This document shows, in pieces, positions 25,421 to 39,440 of a DNA stretch of 64,000 nucleotides. The position numbers and the translations under genes are program-made. Each line of letters begins with the position of its first letter. Position 1 is the stretch's first letter. Source of the DNA: Vicugna vicugna (taxonomy: Eukaryota); the NCBI GenBank assembly GCA_013265495.1, contig MU058463.1, positions 1,573,523 through 1,637,522 of the forward strand, written 5' to 3'. A model generated the notes under the pieces. That model was not told the origin of the DNA. It ran no database searches and saw only the letters and a program-made list of their open reading frames with translations.

Positions 25421-26013
25421 TTACGACACTATTTGTGTCAAAGCCTAGTGAAGGTTCTGGGGAAGGTTCTTTGCTAAAACAAGGTCTTGGTCATGGGGTC
25501 CCAAAGAGCTATAGGCAGAAGACTGTTTTGGTTTGTTTTGTGTGTTTGTGTTTGTGTGTGTGTGTATGTGTGCACGCATGTGTGTGTGTGTGTTAATTAT
25601 GGTAGTGGTTCAAGAGAAGTATAAAAAAAAAAATTGGCTGGTGGAAAATCCTGGGTTCTTTTTCTCCATAGTGCAAGAAACTCAGAAAAATGTCAGAAAG
25701 GAGAAAGTGCCTGAAATGAAATGCTAGGAAAGCAAAGCTGTTAGAGTAACCTGGTCTTAAGAAAGAGATTAAAGAAAACTGCCACTTCCTTTCAGATTTT
25801 AGGAGAAATTGGAATATGAATTTGCCTGATTGCTGAAATTGTTCGAAATCCACCTAGTGAAATTTCCTGTCAGAGTTATACACTTATAATTTTTACTAGT
25901 TTGCCATCTTCTTAACAAATCATATCTCTGACTCCCCCAGGCATGTTCCCCTAATCCTAATGTAGCTTTGGATCTGCGTGCCTATTGTGTTCAAGACTCT
26001 AGAGTGAGTAAAG

Positions 26014-26016
<3 letters not shown>

Positions 26017-26046
<30 letters not shown>
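26017..26046. repeat. (CA)15 microsatellite
   Basis: direct observation. Confidence 0.97.
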
Positions 26047-26048
<2 letters not shown>

Positions 26049-28449
26049 GGACAGACTCTGTCCTCACACAGTTTTAAGGCTCCATAAGGCCTGACTTTAA
26101 AAAAAAAAAGTGCTTAAAGATTAGACCATCTTCATCATGAAACATTTAGAATCAAGTTAAAAGTAGACAACATAGGATACAGGAGTCTATAAATTATGAC
26201 CTCTGAATACTGGAAGGATAGCAGAGAGGCAGAAAGGCAGTTCCTATACATGAGTAGATCCTGTTTCACAAAGGAGCACCCAACATTCATCATTCTCTTC
26301 ACCACTGAATCTCCTTTGAAACAAAGTTATTAACATCAGTGGAGCCAGTAAGAGCAAACATTTAAATCGTTACTTTAGCATAGTAAGGAAATAAATTTAT
26401 AGGGAGTATATCCACATGTTTATTTTCATAATGTGAATCAGGATAATAAATCAGAGACCTAATTGCTAAGAATTTTTTTTAAGAAGACAGTATCCATACT
26501 TTGTAGCTTTGTAGAAAACAGGGATAATTTTCTGCCCTCACATAAGACACTCACTGTCCCTTTCTTAAGTACAAACTTGATCATCACCAATTCAGAATCT
26601 CTACCCCCGCCAAGCACTGCTATAATAAAAGCGATTTTCTGTTCATCAGAAGTTATTTGCCATGTAGCTGTTTGTAGGGTTGTGTTCTTATACTACTCAA
26701 TTCATCTTCTATTCACCTCTGAAAATGGGTGTAGCACATTTTTATGTTCAAGAAATACACACCCAACCTTGTTTATTGTGCTATACCTTGGGTCCAGGAA
26801 AAAAAGTGTAATGTAACTAAAACTTAGTATATTGTAACCTAGCACACTGCCTGTTGAAATATATCATACACAGCAAGTAGTCAAGGGTGATTTTATCAAA
26901 ACAGAGCAAAAATTTTCCCCTTGTTATTTCCGGATATTTCAAAAACGTGCCTCTGAGCTCCAGCACAGGGCTTGATTAATACATGATTTCCTCTTTAAAA
27001 TCAGAAACAGGAATCGAGAATGAAGCTTAATAATTTTCATTTGCTCTTCTTTTCCAAGCATTCTGATTAAGGCCTGGTTCCCAGACCTGGTGAGGTGGCT
27101 CCTACATCTGACTGCAGTTTGCAGTTATCCCTGTAAGGCAGGAACTCAAAAAAAAAAAATTTTTTTTTTTTTTGAGCGAATGGGAACAATCTGGGAAGAA
27201 ACAATAAGGTGGAATATGCTGTAAATGGGGGTTTAGTTGGATTTAATTTTACTCTTGTAATTAGAGTTTACCACATCCATTGCAACAACACAATTTAACA
27301 ATGAATGTCAAAAACATCATTTTAAGTAAAACGTTGTGAGTTTACAACTCTTGGAGTTCTCTGTCCGGGATACCCTAGTCATCTTAGCTATCCTAGGGTA
27401 TTGCTTTATCCCTTTAATTCCTTGAGCTAAATGGATATAAAATAAGTACATATATCTTATACTGAAAAAAATGTAAAAGATGTATTGCTAACCCTATCCA
27501 ATGTTCTTAATCTCTTGAATTCATTGTAATCATAAAGTGAATTTGAAGTATTTTTTTGTGGATTTCATGGAGAAAACCATGAAGGAAAAATAGTAATTGT
27601 CAAGCATTCATTTTCTCAAAGTTATTTTTCTATTCAAAGATAATGACCCTGAATTTTTCAGGACATTAATTTTTTTTTAAGTACTGAAAAGTTGCACTGT
27701 AATATAGTCAGTGTCATTAAATATTTCTAGCTAATATTCAAAAAATAGATATTTAAGTTGTCCTTTGTAACAAAGGAGAAAAAGTAAAAACTTTTCTTAT
27801 GAAATCCAGATAATCATATATGGGTAAAGTCAATATCTTGGACACTATACAGATGCCCTCCTCACCCTCAATTTTTTAATGTATTTTTAAGCTACCATGG
27901 CAGTGCCGGGCCCAAAGGAATTTAACTGAGTGAGATGCAAACCTTAGAAACAGAGAGCGAGACCTGGCTTACACGCTCTTTCACCATAGTTCACAACTGC
28001 ACTTACATGTTCTGCGTTCTACCTCCCTACATCCCAACTCAAAGGAGACCTACTGGTTTCATCTTCCTATGGTAATGGAAGCTTATCGCAAACAGTCACT
28101 TAAATAGTTCACTTAAATAAACTAATTAAGAATGAATCAGAGAGTCCCACCCCTTCTCATTCCTGTTGCCAGAAGCCGTATCTGACCCATATTCCTTTGC
28201 ATCAGACTTGGGTGATGTTTCCCGAATGGTTTTCGGTACTTCCACTCTCCCTCTCCATGCTTACCTGCAAAGTGCAATCCCGTTGCTCTTCCTTAAACAC
28301 CACCTGCCTACCTTATTCTCCAGTTTAAAAAACTCAGCCACATCCAGATCAGTCATCAGGGCCTTTTAATTCCTACATGGCTCACTGCCTCTGATGCTTC
28401 CTTCCAGAATGGCCTTCACCATTATTGTTTGCTTATCCAAATCCTGTGG

Positions 28450-28570
28450 GCACTTTGAATCTGGAGGATTGTGTTAAAATGTTCATTCTAAGACAGTAGG
28501 TCTGGAGTGGAGCCTGAGGTTCTGCTGTGATGTCATTGCTGGTGGGCCAGACTATACTGCGAAGAACAAA
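28450..28570. mobile_element. MER5-family fragment
   Basis: cagtaggtctggagtggagcctgaggttctgc...gccagactatactgcgaagaac. Confidence 0.6.
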
Positions 28571-29559
28571 GATTTAGACAACTGTTCCCTTTTGTCAGGA
28601 AACACTGGCTTCCGGTGAGGGCCAGGAAAGAAAATCGTATAAAATTAAATATCTTCTATCTGATTGCATCAGGTTAAGACTTACCCAGACTTCTCTGCAA
28701 GGTTACATTGTACTGTATGGTTGATTGACAACTGTATACATATACACAGATATAAACATAGATTGTCTATACCCTATGTAAACGAATAAACCTCAAAATA
28801 ACAATTGAAATTTCTCAAAGAGTTGTCCAAAGTGTTTATATGCTATATAACACTCAAATACATGCTCAACACACATGGCCAAACTTGGGCTGAACATCGT
28901 ACTTCTGTCCTCCAGGCATGTGTTTGCTTGCTTTTGCTCAGTCATTGCCCTCCCACTTGCAGTGATCCATGAGCTGGATTTTCTCCATCTGTCCCACTAC
29001 CTGGAGTCCAGCACCCTGTGGCGAATGGTACTTCTTGCCTGTCTAATCTCTAGACCTTTGGAAGAGCTAAAATAATGTGCTTTAAAAAATCCTGGTGGGT
29101 GGAGTTACAAAATCAAAATACTTTTATTCAAATCACTCTTTTTTTTCATAAGAAGACCATGATTTCTATTTTGCTTCCTATATGAAGTATTGACAGAGAT
29201 CACTAACCCAAGAGAACAATCTTCAAAGTAGGCACAGTAATCGCTCTTAATTACACCGGCAAGAAAAGAGACGGAAAGTAAAACCAATCAAATTTTCACA
29301 TTGTTTCAAATATAAAGTTATTAAATATATAGCTTCAGTATGTTTGTTGAGTTCATATTCATGACAAAAGCTTGAATGCCCTGAACTCTAGGGGACCACA
29401 AGAAAGCTTTTGTGGAAGACGGATTTAGTATTTCTGTAGGTCTTCCATAAATATAGTTCAGTTTTTATAAAATAGAAAATTATACAAATTTTATAAAATT
29501 TGGTAAAATAAGCATTTTCAAATAATGAGTACTTTTATTTGTCTTTGTGTATTATTGCT

Positions 29560-29985
29560 CAGTCCAGGAATGGGCATGTTACTCAATCAAGCTAATCAAA
29601 GACCTTACCAATGATGGATATACAAACTTAGGAAGAGAAATTTTCTTTCTACCAGGACTGCTAATCCAGAAGAATGTGAATCTTGGCTTTACAGTAACCC
29701 AGTAGCTCCTGCCACTTGGAAAGAGCATATGAACTCACACAAATGTGGGTGTGTATGAAGCAGGGAGGGTAGGAGAGAAGGAGACTAGAGGAGAACAGAA
29801 TAGGCGGGGAGGGGAGATGATAGGAGAGGAGAAATTTGCCAGGACTCAGCTTTCATCCCAACCCGTAAGGTCCTAATCCCTGAAACTTCTCTTTCTATCA
29901 TGTGAACTACCCCCAGTATCCTATTCAAACTTGAAAGACAATGAACTCCCTTATTTTTGTTAATCTAGCTTGAATCAAAGAAATA
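29560..29985 (+). mobile_element. Degenerate ERVL LTR (LTR16-like)
   Basis: ggaatgggcatgttactcaa..gctaatca; caatgaactcccttatttttgttaatctagcttga. Confidence 0.45.
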
Positions 29986-31344
29986 TGAAAACATCACATC
30001 CATATAGGGCATGTTCAATCCGCTGTTTTTTTCTGGAGGTTTTTTTTGTTTGTTTATTTGTTTGTTTTTGCTTGTTTACTAAATTGCTGTTTTTTCACCT
30101 GCTTCGTTCTGTTTGGGATGCAGCACTTGTGTGCTTCTGTAGCCATTCTCTCTAGTCCTGTTCCACTGGGTAACAAGAATCCAGTTTTATGGGTAAATTA
30201 TCTTCCAGTTGAGCAAAATAAAACTAAAATATCTTCAAGCATATAACAAAGAAATCACATTTTCATGAGTCTCTTTTATGTTAGATCCTAAAGCCAAGAG
30301 AAAAAAAAAAAAAGATATCTCCCTTTCCTCTCTCAGATACTCCAAGTGCCAAGAAAGTTTTGCCTGAATGGGCCCCACAACAGTTGGCAAGTCAATACAT
30401 GCGTGTGCCAAAAGATGCGCAAGGATAAAGTCTTACCCAAAGTTACACAGGGCCCACCAAATTTATCCTGAAGACAATCTGGAAAATATACTTGTCATTG
30501 TCTCTGAGTCTTCCTGCTGAAAGCCATAAAGTCAAAGTCAGTGAGGATTCCCGAAACTGCTACTCCTGAAAGTGGCTACAAAGACTACTTCCTTTTTTTG
30601 AAGAAGCTAATTTAATAGAGTCTGGGATCAAAACCAGACTCCCTGAATAAATCAGAGAGAAACAACAGTGAGGAGCAGGATCCGAAACCCGAGAAACCAA
30701 TTCCATCATTTAACTACATCTAAGTATTGAAGATCTTGCTGGAGGAGAAACCTTACTGTAATGAGAGAAATTTTTCAAAAGAAAAGCATAGCGGTTGACC
30801 CTAAGATGTCTCTAAAATATAAATCTATCCTATGCGTCCCCGAGAAATGCAGGTTGTTATGTTTAAAATATCATCTTCCCAGGGCACCGCTCTCCCCAGC
30901 AATTCCACAAAATTGAGCCATTCTCAACAGATGGAGCCTTGTCCTCCTCCCTTAATCCTCATTCTCCTGGAGAGAGAGTAAATTCCCTGAATCAGTCATA
31001 GAGAGAAGAGAGTTGAGGCAGCGGGATTTTCCCAGGGCATCTGTCGCCATCTCTCTGGTCCGCAGTAGGGTCCTCCATCGACTAGCCCAGTGATCGTGTC
31101 TCATTCTCTAAGCATGCCAGGTCTCTCTTTGCTTCTCTCTCCCATTTCCCATTATGCCACACAGCCGCCCTTGCAAGAAGCCCGCCCTCCTGCCTTCTGG
31201 ACTTTTCCTCCCTTTGCTATAGTGAGAGCAGCTTTCTAAACCCCTTTGGGGTTTTCTCTCCTCAAAGGAAGACAGTAAAAGACTGTTCTAATGATTCACG
31301 CAACAGCCTCCATCATGCTGCAGATTTGTACTTGAGTGTCAGAG

Positions 31345-31560
31345 GTGGAGAAGAGCAGAGCCAAGCCAGGATGATCCTTCCGTGTGCGGCCCCTTTGCCT
31401 CTGCCACTGGACAGCTGTGTGGCCTTCATCTCTTTATGCCTGAGACTTCTCATTTGTAAAATGGAGAAAGCAATAATGCCTCTGGCACATAGTTGTGAGC
31501 ACATTCAGATGAATTCGTACATGTAGAGTTTAAACACCACTTATCACAAAGGAAGGACAT
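31345..31560 (+). mobile_element. MIR SINE
   Basis: ctctgccactggacagctgtgtggcctt...tctcatttgtaaaatggaga...gttgtgag. Confidence 0.75.
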
Positions 31561-31894
31561 GTAAGTGGGGCTTCATTTTTGCTCCCGGCACGTCCCCCTC
31601 TCATTGCTGCCCCCACTCTGCACCGTCCACTGACTGATTTACACACACACCAACACCCACGGAAGTTAAGATCCTTGGCTCACCACTTCAGTGGGAATTT
31701 ACTGCTTAACAGCCTCATGCCATGTTGGGAATCTGTGTTTGTTACAAGAATAAATAAATGAAAGTTCACATATTTCAGAAGTTTGTCTTTTCATGGATTT
31801 CGTTTCCAGGATCTAGAAGCAAACCTATAGGAGCTGTTTTTCAGTTGGTGGGATTCATGTCATGTCAAAGCTGGCTCCATTTCTCTGATTAAAA

Positions 31895-32015
31895 TGGAAA
31901 AAAGGAAAGGAAAAAAGGAGCTAGGGAGGATTAAAAATGAAGGGGAGAGAAAGAAGAGAGAAGTAAAGAAGAAGGAGAGAAAGGAAAGAAAAGGAAGGAA
32001 GGGAGGGAGGGAGGC
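31895..32015. repeat. GA-rich low-complexity tract
   Basis: nearly all purines. Confidence 0.85.
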
Positions 32016-33099
32016 CCAGAGGCAAGAAAACTACTCTTAGGAAAATCATGAAACCACATCAAAATTCACTGTAAAACAATCCCACTTCATATCCCATTAA
32101 ACTCCGTAGGAAATGACATTTGCTACAGTAAGAAAAACAGATGGTGGAAGGAGAGAGAAAAATAAAACTCTCTGAAAACCGAGAATGAAAATGCCATCGC
32201 TACCATTTTGGGTCCCTCTGACGTGTTCATATATCACGTTATAGCCTCCAAGACACTCACTCTCTTTATGATGTGCATGCCTTCCGGCCTAAAATAGTTC
32301 CACGGGGCTTCTAAAGTAAGAAGCGAGTGGTGTTTGGACGTGTGTTGTGTGAGGCTGCATGTGAGTTTGCGAGCAGGGCTGGGCCGGGGAACAGTGGGGG
32401 TCATTCAAACCCCTGAGCCAGGCAGCCCTGACCAGGACGCTCCGCCAGCAGCCCAGTGACTCATCTTCCGCTCAGGCACAAGTACATCAAGTCCTCTGTG
32501 TTGCTCTTAGTTCACATTTGTCCTCTTTAAACCAATGAGTCATAAGTTGGAAATATGTATGAAATAAGCAAGACTATGTCACTGAGTTATTTCTAGTGGT
32601 TCAATATACACATCCTAGGACACCGTGCATTTGAAAGGCAAATTTTCAAAGATGAGAGGTTTATACAAAGCAGAGAGGACTGGGGCTACAAGCAAAGAAA
32701 AATCAGGTGCAAGGAGACATGGAACCTGGTGAAACGATTAGGGTTAGGTGAAGGGAATGAAATATTTCTTCACGCTCTCAAAAGGATAACTTTCTTCAGA
32801 GGAAATTGCATAAATTCTTGGTCACTTGAATTAACAGAGAGCTACTCTCGCCAAACTTCAGTGCTGGAAAACAAATGACACTTGGACCATTGCAAAGCTG
32901 ACCCATCTCTTGTGGCAAATATGAGCCTCATATCTTAATGCAAAGAGAATTCTTCTATTAACAGCTTCCCAGCCAAAACTAATTACCTGAGAAGTCAGAG
33001 GATTCAATAATTGAGGAGTTTTATCATGAGAAAATGCAAACCTGAAAGTAGCCACACAAAATCCCCTGCCCAAGATGCAGGCCCTGTGCACGTGTTCAC

Positions 33100-33860
33100 T
33101 TATGTAGCAGTTACCTGTCGGGCACCTGCCACGTCCCAGGCACTGAGGACACAGCCTGTTTCCTTGTGAACCTTGGGTTGTATGGGTCAAAACAGGTATT
33201 TAACAAATAATAAAAATAATATTTGTGACCATCAGTAGTGTGAAAAGTAGTCAAGGTAAGGGCCTTGCTTGTCCGAGTTTGGGGGCAAATGTGTGATGAA
33301 GACGCCAAGATCTGCAGTTTTGCTGAGTCCCGAAGAAGTGAAGGAGGAGAAAGCTTGGCAAAAACAAGCAAAGGGAATATCATTGCAAGGCCATGAGGCT
33401 GGAAAGCGAGTGAGGTTTTGGAGAAACCGGGAGAGAAGTGTGTACATGGAACACAAAGGCCAGGGTGAGACGGGAGATGAGGCTGGGAAGGGCCAGAGGT
33501 CATATGGAGAAAACCTTCCAGACCACGCCGAGAACAGTGGACTTTCTCCAAAGAATAATTAAAAGTCACTGGAAGAAGGGGAGCGACAAGATCAGATGTG
33601 TATTTTTCGAGAGAACCATCCTTTATGGAAAGAATTTAGTGGGGAGAAAGGGGAGGGAAAAGAAAACATGTCCAGGGGGCTGTTGAAATACTTCAACCTC
33701 TCAATCCAAGATGATGGCCGTGGAGAAAGGAAATGTACAAAAGGTTGTGATGAACTGAGAAAGCCTTGTTAAGAAGACAGTGATTGTTTTCATGCCCGAG
33801 GAGGGCAGGGCTGGAGAGAGAAGAAAGGATGGGATTGAAGGAGGTCTCTGTGAGCCCTCA
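33100..33860 (-). mobile_element. L2 fragment including 3' end
   Basis: gggcacctgccacgtcccaggcactgaggacacag; gacaagatcagatgtgtatttt. Confidence 0.75.
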
Positions 33861-35256
33861 TTCTGTGAATTATTTAAAAAACTTCCTCTCTGGGTCACAT
33901 CTATTCTTATAACTTAGACACTTTAACTGCTTTTCCTACTATTTTTGTTTTATTTCCCCTAATATTATATATAAAGTGGCTCATATCACAACGCAACCCA
34001 TGGTTGAAAGGCTCACTGGTTGGGGTCAGGCAGAACAAAGGGAGGAATGGATATTACCCAGAGAGCACGGCCATAGCTCGATGCAATAACGTGTAAGATT
34101 TAGAAGACAGTTTTATATAGAATAATTTTATGTTACGTGGAAGCAGTTTTCTCTTTTAGAAGTCTAAGTGTAGCAGGATGTGTGCATTGAAATTAATGAT
34201 GAAAAGAAGGGACAGCTGAAAATGTGCTCTGGTGCTGGTGGTCGTGAGGTCAGAGAGGGCAGAACCAGGGGGTCACCAACAGCAGTGTAGGTGGGACACA
34301 CCTCAAGGCGCAGTTCTCAGCAGTCCTAACTGTATTTTCTCCAGACCAGTTACACGACGTGTTTTAGGCTGTGGTTCTTGCTACATCAAACCTCAAACTC
34401 TGTTCTGCTTTCCCAGTGATTCTGTGAGACGCCTTTCAATTAATTTCCTTCCTCTGTTTGTATCTGGCCTTTAAACTAAAACCCTTTAGTAACACAATGA
34501 TATTTCACATCCCACTCATTAGACAGTTTAACAAACTGAAGCACACTCTCCAAATGTAGATAGTTAATTTAGCAGTCTGATAGTTCATATTTCAGATGAC
34601 TGATATCTTCATTCAGAAGTCTCAGTTTCTGTTATTCATTGTGTTTTATCACTTCCTTAAATTTATAAAAACATATCCTTTTCCCTAAACACACAGGTAC
34701 AGGCCTTTGAGAAGACGATGAGTACAGACGAGACCTCAAACTCTAAGGCAGTAAGTGTGACTCTTCCAGCTGGCGTCTTCTTGGTATCCATGCCACCAGG
34801 CGGGCTCCCACTAGCACTGCTGACCAAGAAACTGCCCCCTTGCACCTCCTGCCAGAACCCAAAAGGCACACGACCTCAGAAGGGATGCTAGCCAAAGGCA
34901 ACACGGGAGCAGCAATGAAGGGAGAAGACTTAATGTCACCACAAGCCAAAATGGAGGAGACCAAAAGTATGTAATTCCAGGCTCCAATTCCCACACATTC
35001 CTCAGATGATTCTCTTTGGGTATAATAAAAAAGATCCACCAGGGAGCTGAGTAAACTCCTCCACTAGGAGTCTAGCCCAGCCTGATAATCCTGCAAGCAT
35101 TTCCACAAAGGTGTCAACATCCCAGGGAGCCTCCAGCATGACCTTGCTTTGTTAATGGTTCTCATCCTCCCACTCCCTTCTGAGCCGGGCAGCCTCTGAA
35201 AGGACTTGGCAGCGCTCCATTGACAAAGTTCTGGCTCTGTATTTTAAAGGCAGTCT

Positions 35257-36103
35257 TTTTTTTCAATTAAAGCATAGTTGATTTACAATATTGTGTTAGT
35301 TTCAGATGTACAGCAAAGTAATAGTTATATTTTTTCAGATCATTTTCCATCATAGGTTATTTTAAGTTATCCAATATAGCTCCCTGCACTGTACAGAAAA
35401 TCCCTGTTGCTTATCTATTTTGTGTATAATAGTTTGTGTTTGTTAATCCCATATTCCTAATTTACCCCTACCCTCCTCCCCTTTAGTAACCATAGGTTTT
35501 GTTTTCTATGCCTATGAATCTGTTTCTGTCTCATGTATAGATTCATTTGTATTATTTTTTAGATTCCACATATAAGTGATATCATATGATATTTGTCTGT
35601 CTGTTTGACTTACTTTACTTGGTATGATAATCTCCAGACCCATTCATGTTGCTACAAATGGCAATATATCATTCCCTTTTAGGGCTGAGTAATATTCCAC
35701 TGTATTTATACACCAGATCTTCTTTATTCACTGTTGATAGCACTTGAGTTGCTCCCATGTCTTGGCTACTGTAAGTAGTGCTGCTAAGAATACTGGGGTG
35801 TATGTATCTTTTCAAATTGGAGTCTTCTCTGGATATACGCCCAGGAGTGGGCTTGCTGAATCACATCATGACTCCATTTTTAGTTTTTTAATGAACTTCC
35901 ACATTGTTTTCCATAATGGCTGCACCAATTTACATTCTCACCAACAGGATAAGAGGGTTCTCTTTTTTCACACCCTTTCCAGCATTTATTATTCATAAAT
36001 TTTTTGATGAAGGGCATTCTAACTGGTGTGCGGTGATAGATACTTCATTAGTTTTGACTTGCCTTTCTCTAATAATTAGTGATGTTGAGCATCCTCTCAT
36101 GTG
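35257..36103 (-). mobile_element. 5'-truncated L1 (ORF2 end plus 3' UTR, artiodactyl-type)
   Basis: poly-T, atagttgatttacaatattgtgttagtttcag...; perfect 13-bp TSD ttaaaggcagtct at 35244-35256 and 36104-36116. Confidence 0.95.
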
Positions 36104-36394
36104 TTAAAGGCAGTCTCTTATTCTTTAAAGTCAAATCTATTACATTTTCTCCTGAACTAGAAAGCTACTGATATTCCATTAGTTTTAACTCAGATTCCCA
36201 CTCAGTGTCAGAGGCGTCTGAGGGCTCTACACCGACATCACAGTTAATGGCATTGACATTGCTGGGGCTCAGGACAGAAACAGGAGTGGAATGAGAGAAA
36301 AGACTGTGGGCTCTGTAGAGTCATCCCTGCTAGAAGAAACATGGGCAGGGAGGGGACCCTGACTTTTTAATTTTGTATCTAACACATTCGTCCT

Positions 36395-37450
36395 AGGTGA
36401 TTCCTGATTTTCCTCTAGTTCCATGTCTTCAACTATCATCTGAAGGTAGCCAAGTGTATATTTCCAGCATAGACTGCTCCCTTAAAATGCCAGAATTATA
36501 TACCCACCTGCTTACTTGACATATACATTTGGATGTCTAACAGGCAGGACAAACTTAAAACGAGCAATAGCAAAGTCTTGATCACGCCAACACCTTCTCC
36601 TAACCTGCTCCTCTTCTAGTCATCCCCATCTCAGTTCATGGCTGCTCCATTCCACTGGTTGCCCAGTCCCCCCAAATTTAGAGTATTTCTTGACTTCTTT
36701 CTCATTCTCAAGTTTTACATCCAAACCATCAAGAAATCTTGTCAACTCTATCATGGAAAGATATCCAGAATTTGACCAGTGCTCATCTCCTGGTGCAAGC
36801 TACCATCTCCTTCCACAGGACCAATTTCAGGAACCTCTTGATTGGTCTCTTTCATTCAAATGTTTCCTCCCCTACTCAACCTTGACATTGTTTTCACTTA
36901 TCAAAATTAAACTTTTATCACATAAGTCCTTGCTGATCAAAACTGTCTGCGGTTTTGCATCTCAGAGTAAAATCTGACATTTTTATCATGATCCACAAAG
37001 CTCTCCTTGACATGGTCCTCCATTTTCTCACCCACTTCCTACCCTACCTCTTCTCTCTCTCTCTCATCCCACTCCAGATACACTGGCCTCCTTGCTTTTT
37101 CTTGTACATACCAGGCATCCTCCTAACTTGAGGTTCTTTGACTGTTGCTGTTTCATCTTTCTGAAAGGACCATCTCTAAATTATAACCTGTAACTTCTCT
37201 TACTTCTTTTAGGACCTTCCCTGGCCCCTACATAAAACAGCTTTCTCATCAAGTAACTTTGTACTCTCTCATTATGCTTTATTTTCCATTGTCCTGCTTG
37301 CCTCCATATTTTTTGCTTATCTGTTTATTTTCTGTTGCTTCCCACCAGATCGTACTTAATGTAAACAAACTCTGTTTATTTGGTTCACTTCTACATCCCA
37401 GCACTTATGATAACGCCCATGCACATAAACCCTGACTCCATAATAACTAA
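36395..37450 (+). mobile_element. L2 fragment
   Basis: ccacctgcttacttgacat..ttggatgtctaacaggc; catccccatctcagttcatggc; cactggcctccttgc. Confidence 0.8.
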
Positions 37451-37459
37451 ATAAAGGGA

Positions 37460-37990
37460 TGCATAAGAAGGGACCTCTGAAGGAACCATGATATTTGAAG
37501 ATTTAGGAAATAATAATAAGAGAAGCCTATAAAGAAAACTAGATAGTCTCCAAAGAGGAGACAAATACACCAGAAGGGCTAGTGACACTGAAGCCGCAGG
37601 AAGTGACTATTTCAAGCAGGAGGAAGTGGTTAGCAAGGTAAAATGTTACAGACAAGTGGCCAGTGAAGTGTGAGGAGAACGGGGAGTGGTAAGGAATCAG
37701 GGCCAAGGAAGGAAAAGGTTTCAGAAAAGATGATGATCAGTAATGTTTACGAATTAAGTACGATCAGATGGTCATTGAGTTTGTAAAGCAGAGATTTAAT
37801 AAGAGTGGTGAAAATGAGAATCTGACTGCAATGGCCCAATTAGCTGCAAGGAAAGAAGATAATGAGTACAGAGCATTGTGAGGAGTAGGATGTATTTGGG
37901 GGCATTTTTTTTCAGACAGAAGAGTTTACTCCATTTTTGTACACAGATGAGCATAATCCTGTACAGAAAGAAAACTGCTCATGCAGTAAA
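37460..37990 (-). mobile_element. Degenerate L2 fragment
   Basis: purine-rich antisense L2-like (tttcaagcaggaggaagtggt; agatggtcattg). Confidence 0.5.
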
Positions 37991-38291
37991 AAGAGAGAAT
38001 TGCAGAAGTAATATTTTGATTATTGGATTCCATTTCATCTTGATTACTCAAAGAGATTATTCCTGTCCTTGTTTGAAGACCATACTCTTAATTCATGAAA
38101 AATTCAAAATAATACCACCCAAGTTTGCCACCCCTGCTTTTAATCTGCCTTTTCTCCTTTTACAATATGTGAATAATTGTAAATCCTGTATACAATTAGA
38201 CAAGATTGATATATAACCCAGTTTACACACTAAGTATATACTAAGCATGCTGATATTTTCAACTACATTTCATTGAAAAGCAATGCTGTTT

Positions 38292-38696
38292 CAACATGGC
38301 TGGACCTAGAGATGATCATACTAAGTGAAATAAGTCAGAGAAAGACAAGTATCATATGATATCACTTATATGTGGGATCTGAAAAAAGATACAAATGAAC
38401 TTATTTACAAAACAGAAACAGACTCACAGACATAGAAAACAAATTTATGATTACCAAAGGGGAAAGGGGGACAGAACTAAATTAGGAGTATGGGATTAAC
38501 AGATATAGACTACTCTACATAAAATCATTAAACAACAAGGACCTACTGTGTAGCGCAGGAAACTATATTCAATATCTTGTAATATGGAAAAGAATCTGAA
38601 AAAGAATACATATATATATATATAACTGAATCACTATGCTGTACACCAGAAACTAATACAACATTGTAAATGAATGATACTTCAATTTAAAAAAAA
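38292..38696 (+). mobile_element. 5'-truncated L1 3' end
   Basis: caacatggctggacctagagat..atactaagtgaa; acagactcacagacatagaaaacaaa; A-tail; imperfect TSD aaaagcaatgctg / aaaaggaattgctg. Confidence 0.92.
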
Positions 38697-39059
38697 GGAA
38701 TTGCTGCTTAAGACAACTTCATTGATTTGCTTATCTGCTAAAAGGTCATGGTTGTGAAACAGCAATCTGGAGTCTGACAACAGAAACTTGTTGAATGGCT
38801 GATGTGGAGTTGAGGACAAAAATCTCTGGAAATGAGCAGATCAAGGATTTGAGAGACCAGGGTGATGGAAATACACTCAGTAGAGGCATACTGAAATCAC
38901 TGAGTTTGGCAGGATTAATGTCAACACAAGAGAAGCAGTGAGTCAAGTGCTAAATCTGAAAGAACTGAGGTGATGTGGTCCAAACGTCTGGATGGCTGCC
39001 ACAGAGAGCCACCTGTTTATCAGGCTTCCATGGAGTTGGGCATCCTTACTCTGTATACC

Positions 39060-39440
39060 ACCCCTGGGGGATCCCAACAGCTCCCACCACTTTAATGATC
39101 AGTTTTATGTTAATGGCTCACAAAAATACATTTCTGGTTTTGCTGTCCTCTGAACCCCAGACTCACACAGACAGCTACTTATACGACATTTTCACTGACT
39201 CTCCCACAAGCCCCCAAATTAAATACACCCCAAATTAAAGGAATCTCTTATTCCTTCCTAATGAAGAAATAAAGGAATCTCAAGTTCTCTCTCTCTCATC
39301 CCACACATCAAAAAGATCCCAAACTGCTGTTGAATTTAGCCCCACTTCTCTACATTCTTCTGTCCCAACTTTACTTCAGGAGCCCATCCTTTCTTGCCTG
39401 GGTCTCTGCAGCAACTTCCTCACGGGTACCCCTGTCTCCT
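39060..39440 (+). mobile_element. Degenerate L2 fragment
   Basis: tcctctgaaccccagactcac..cagctacttatacgacattttcact. Confidence 0.55.

Noticed and set aside
32858..33686. Cluster of 74-152 aa ORFs
   Set aside because: Mostly overlaps an L2 remnant; no consistent frame or recognisable protein.
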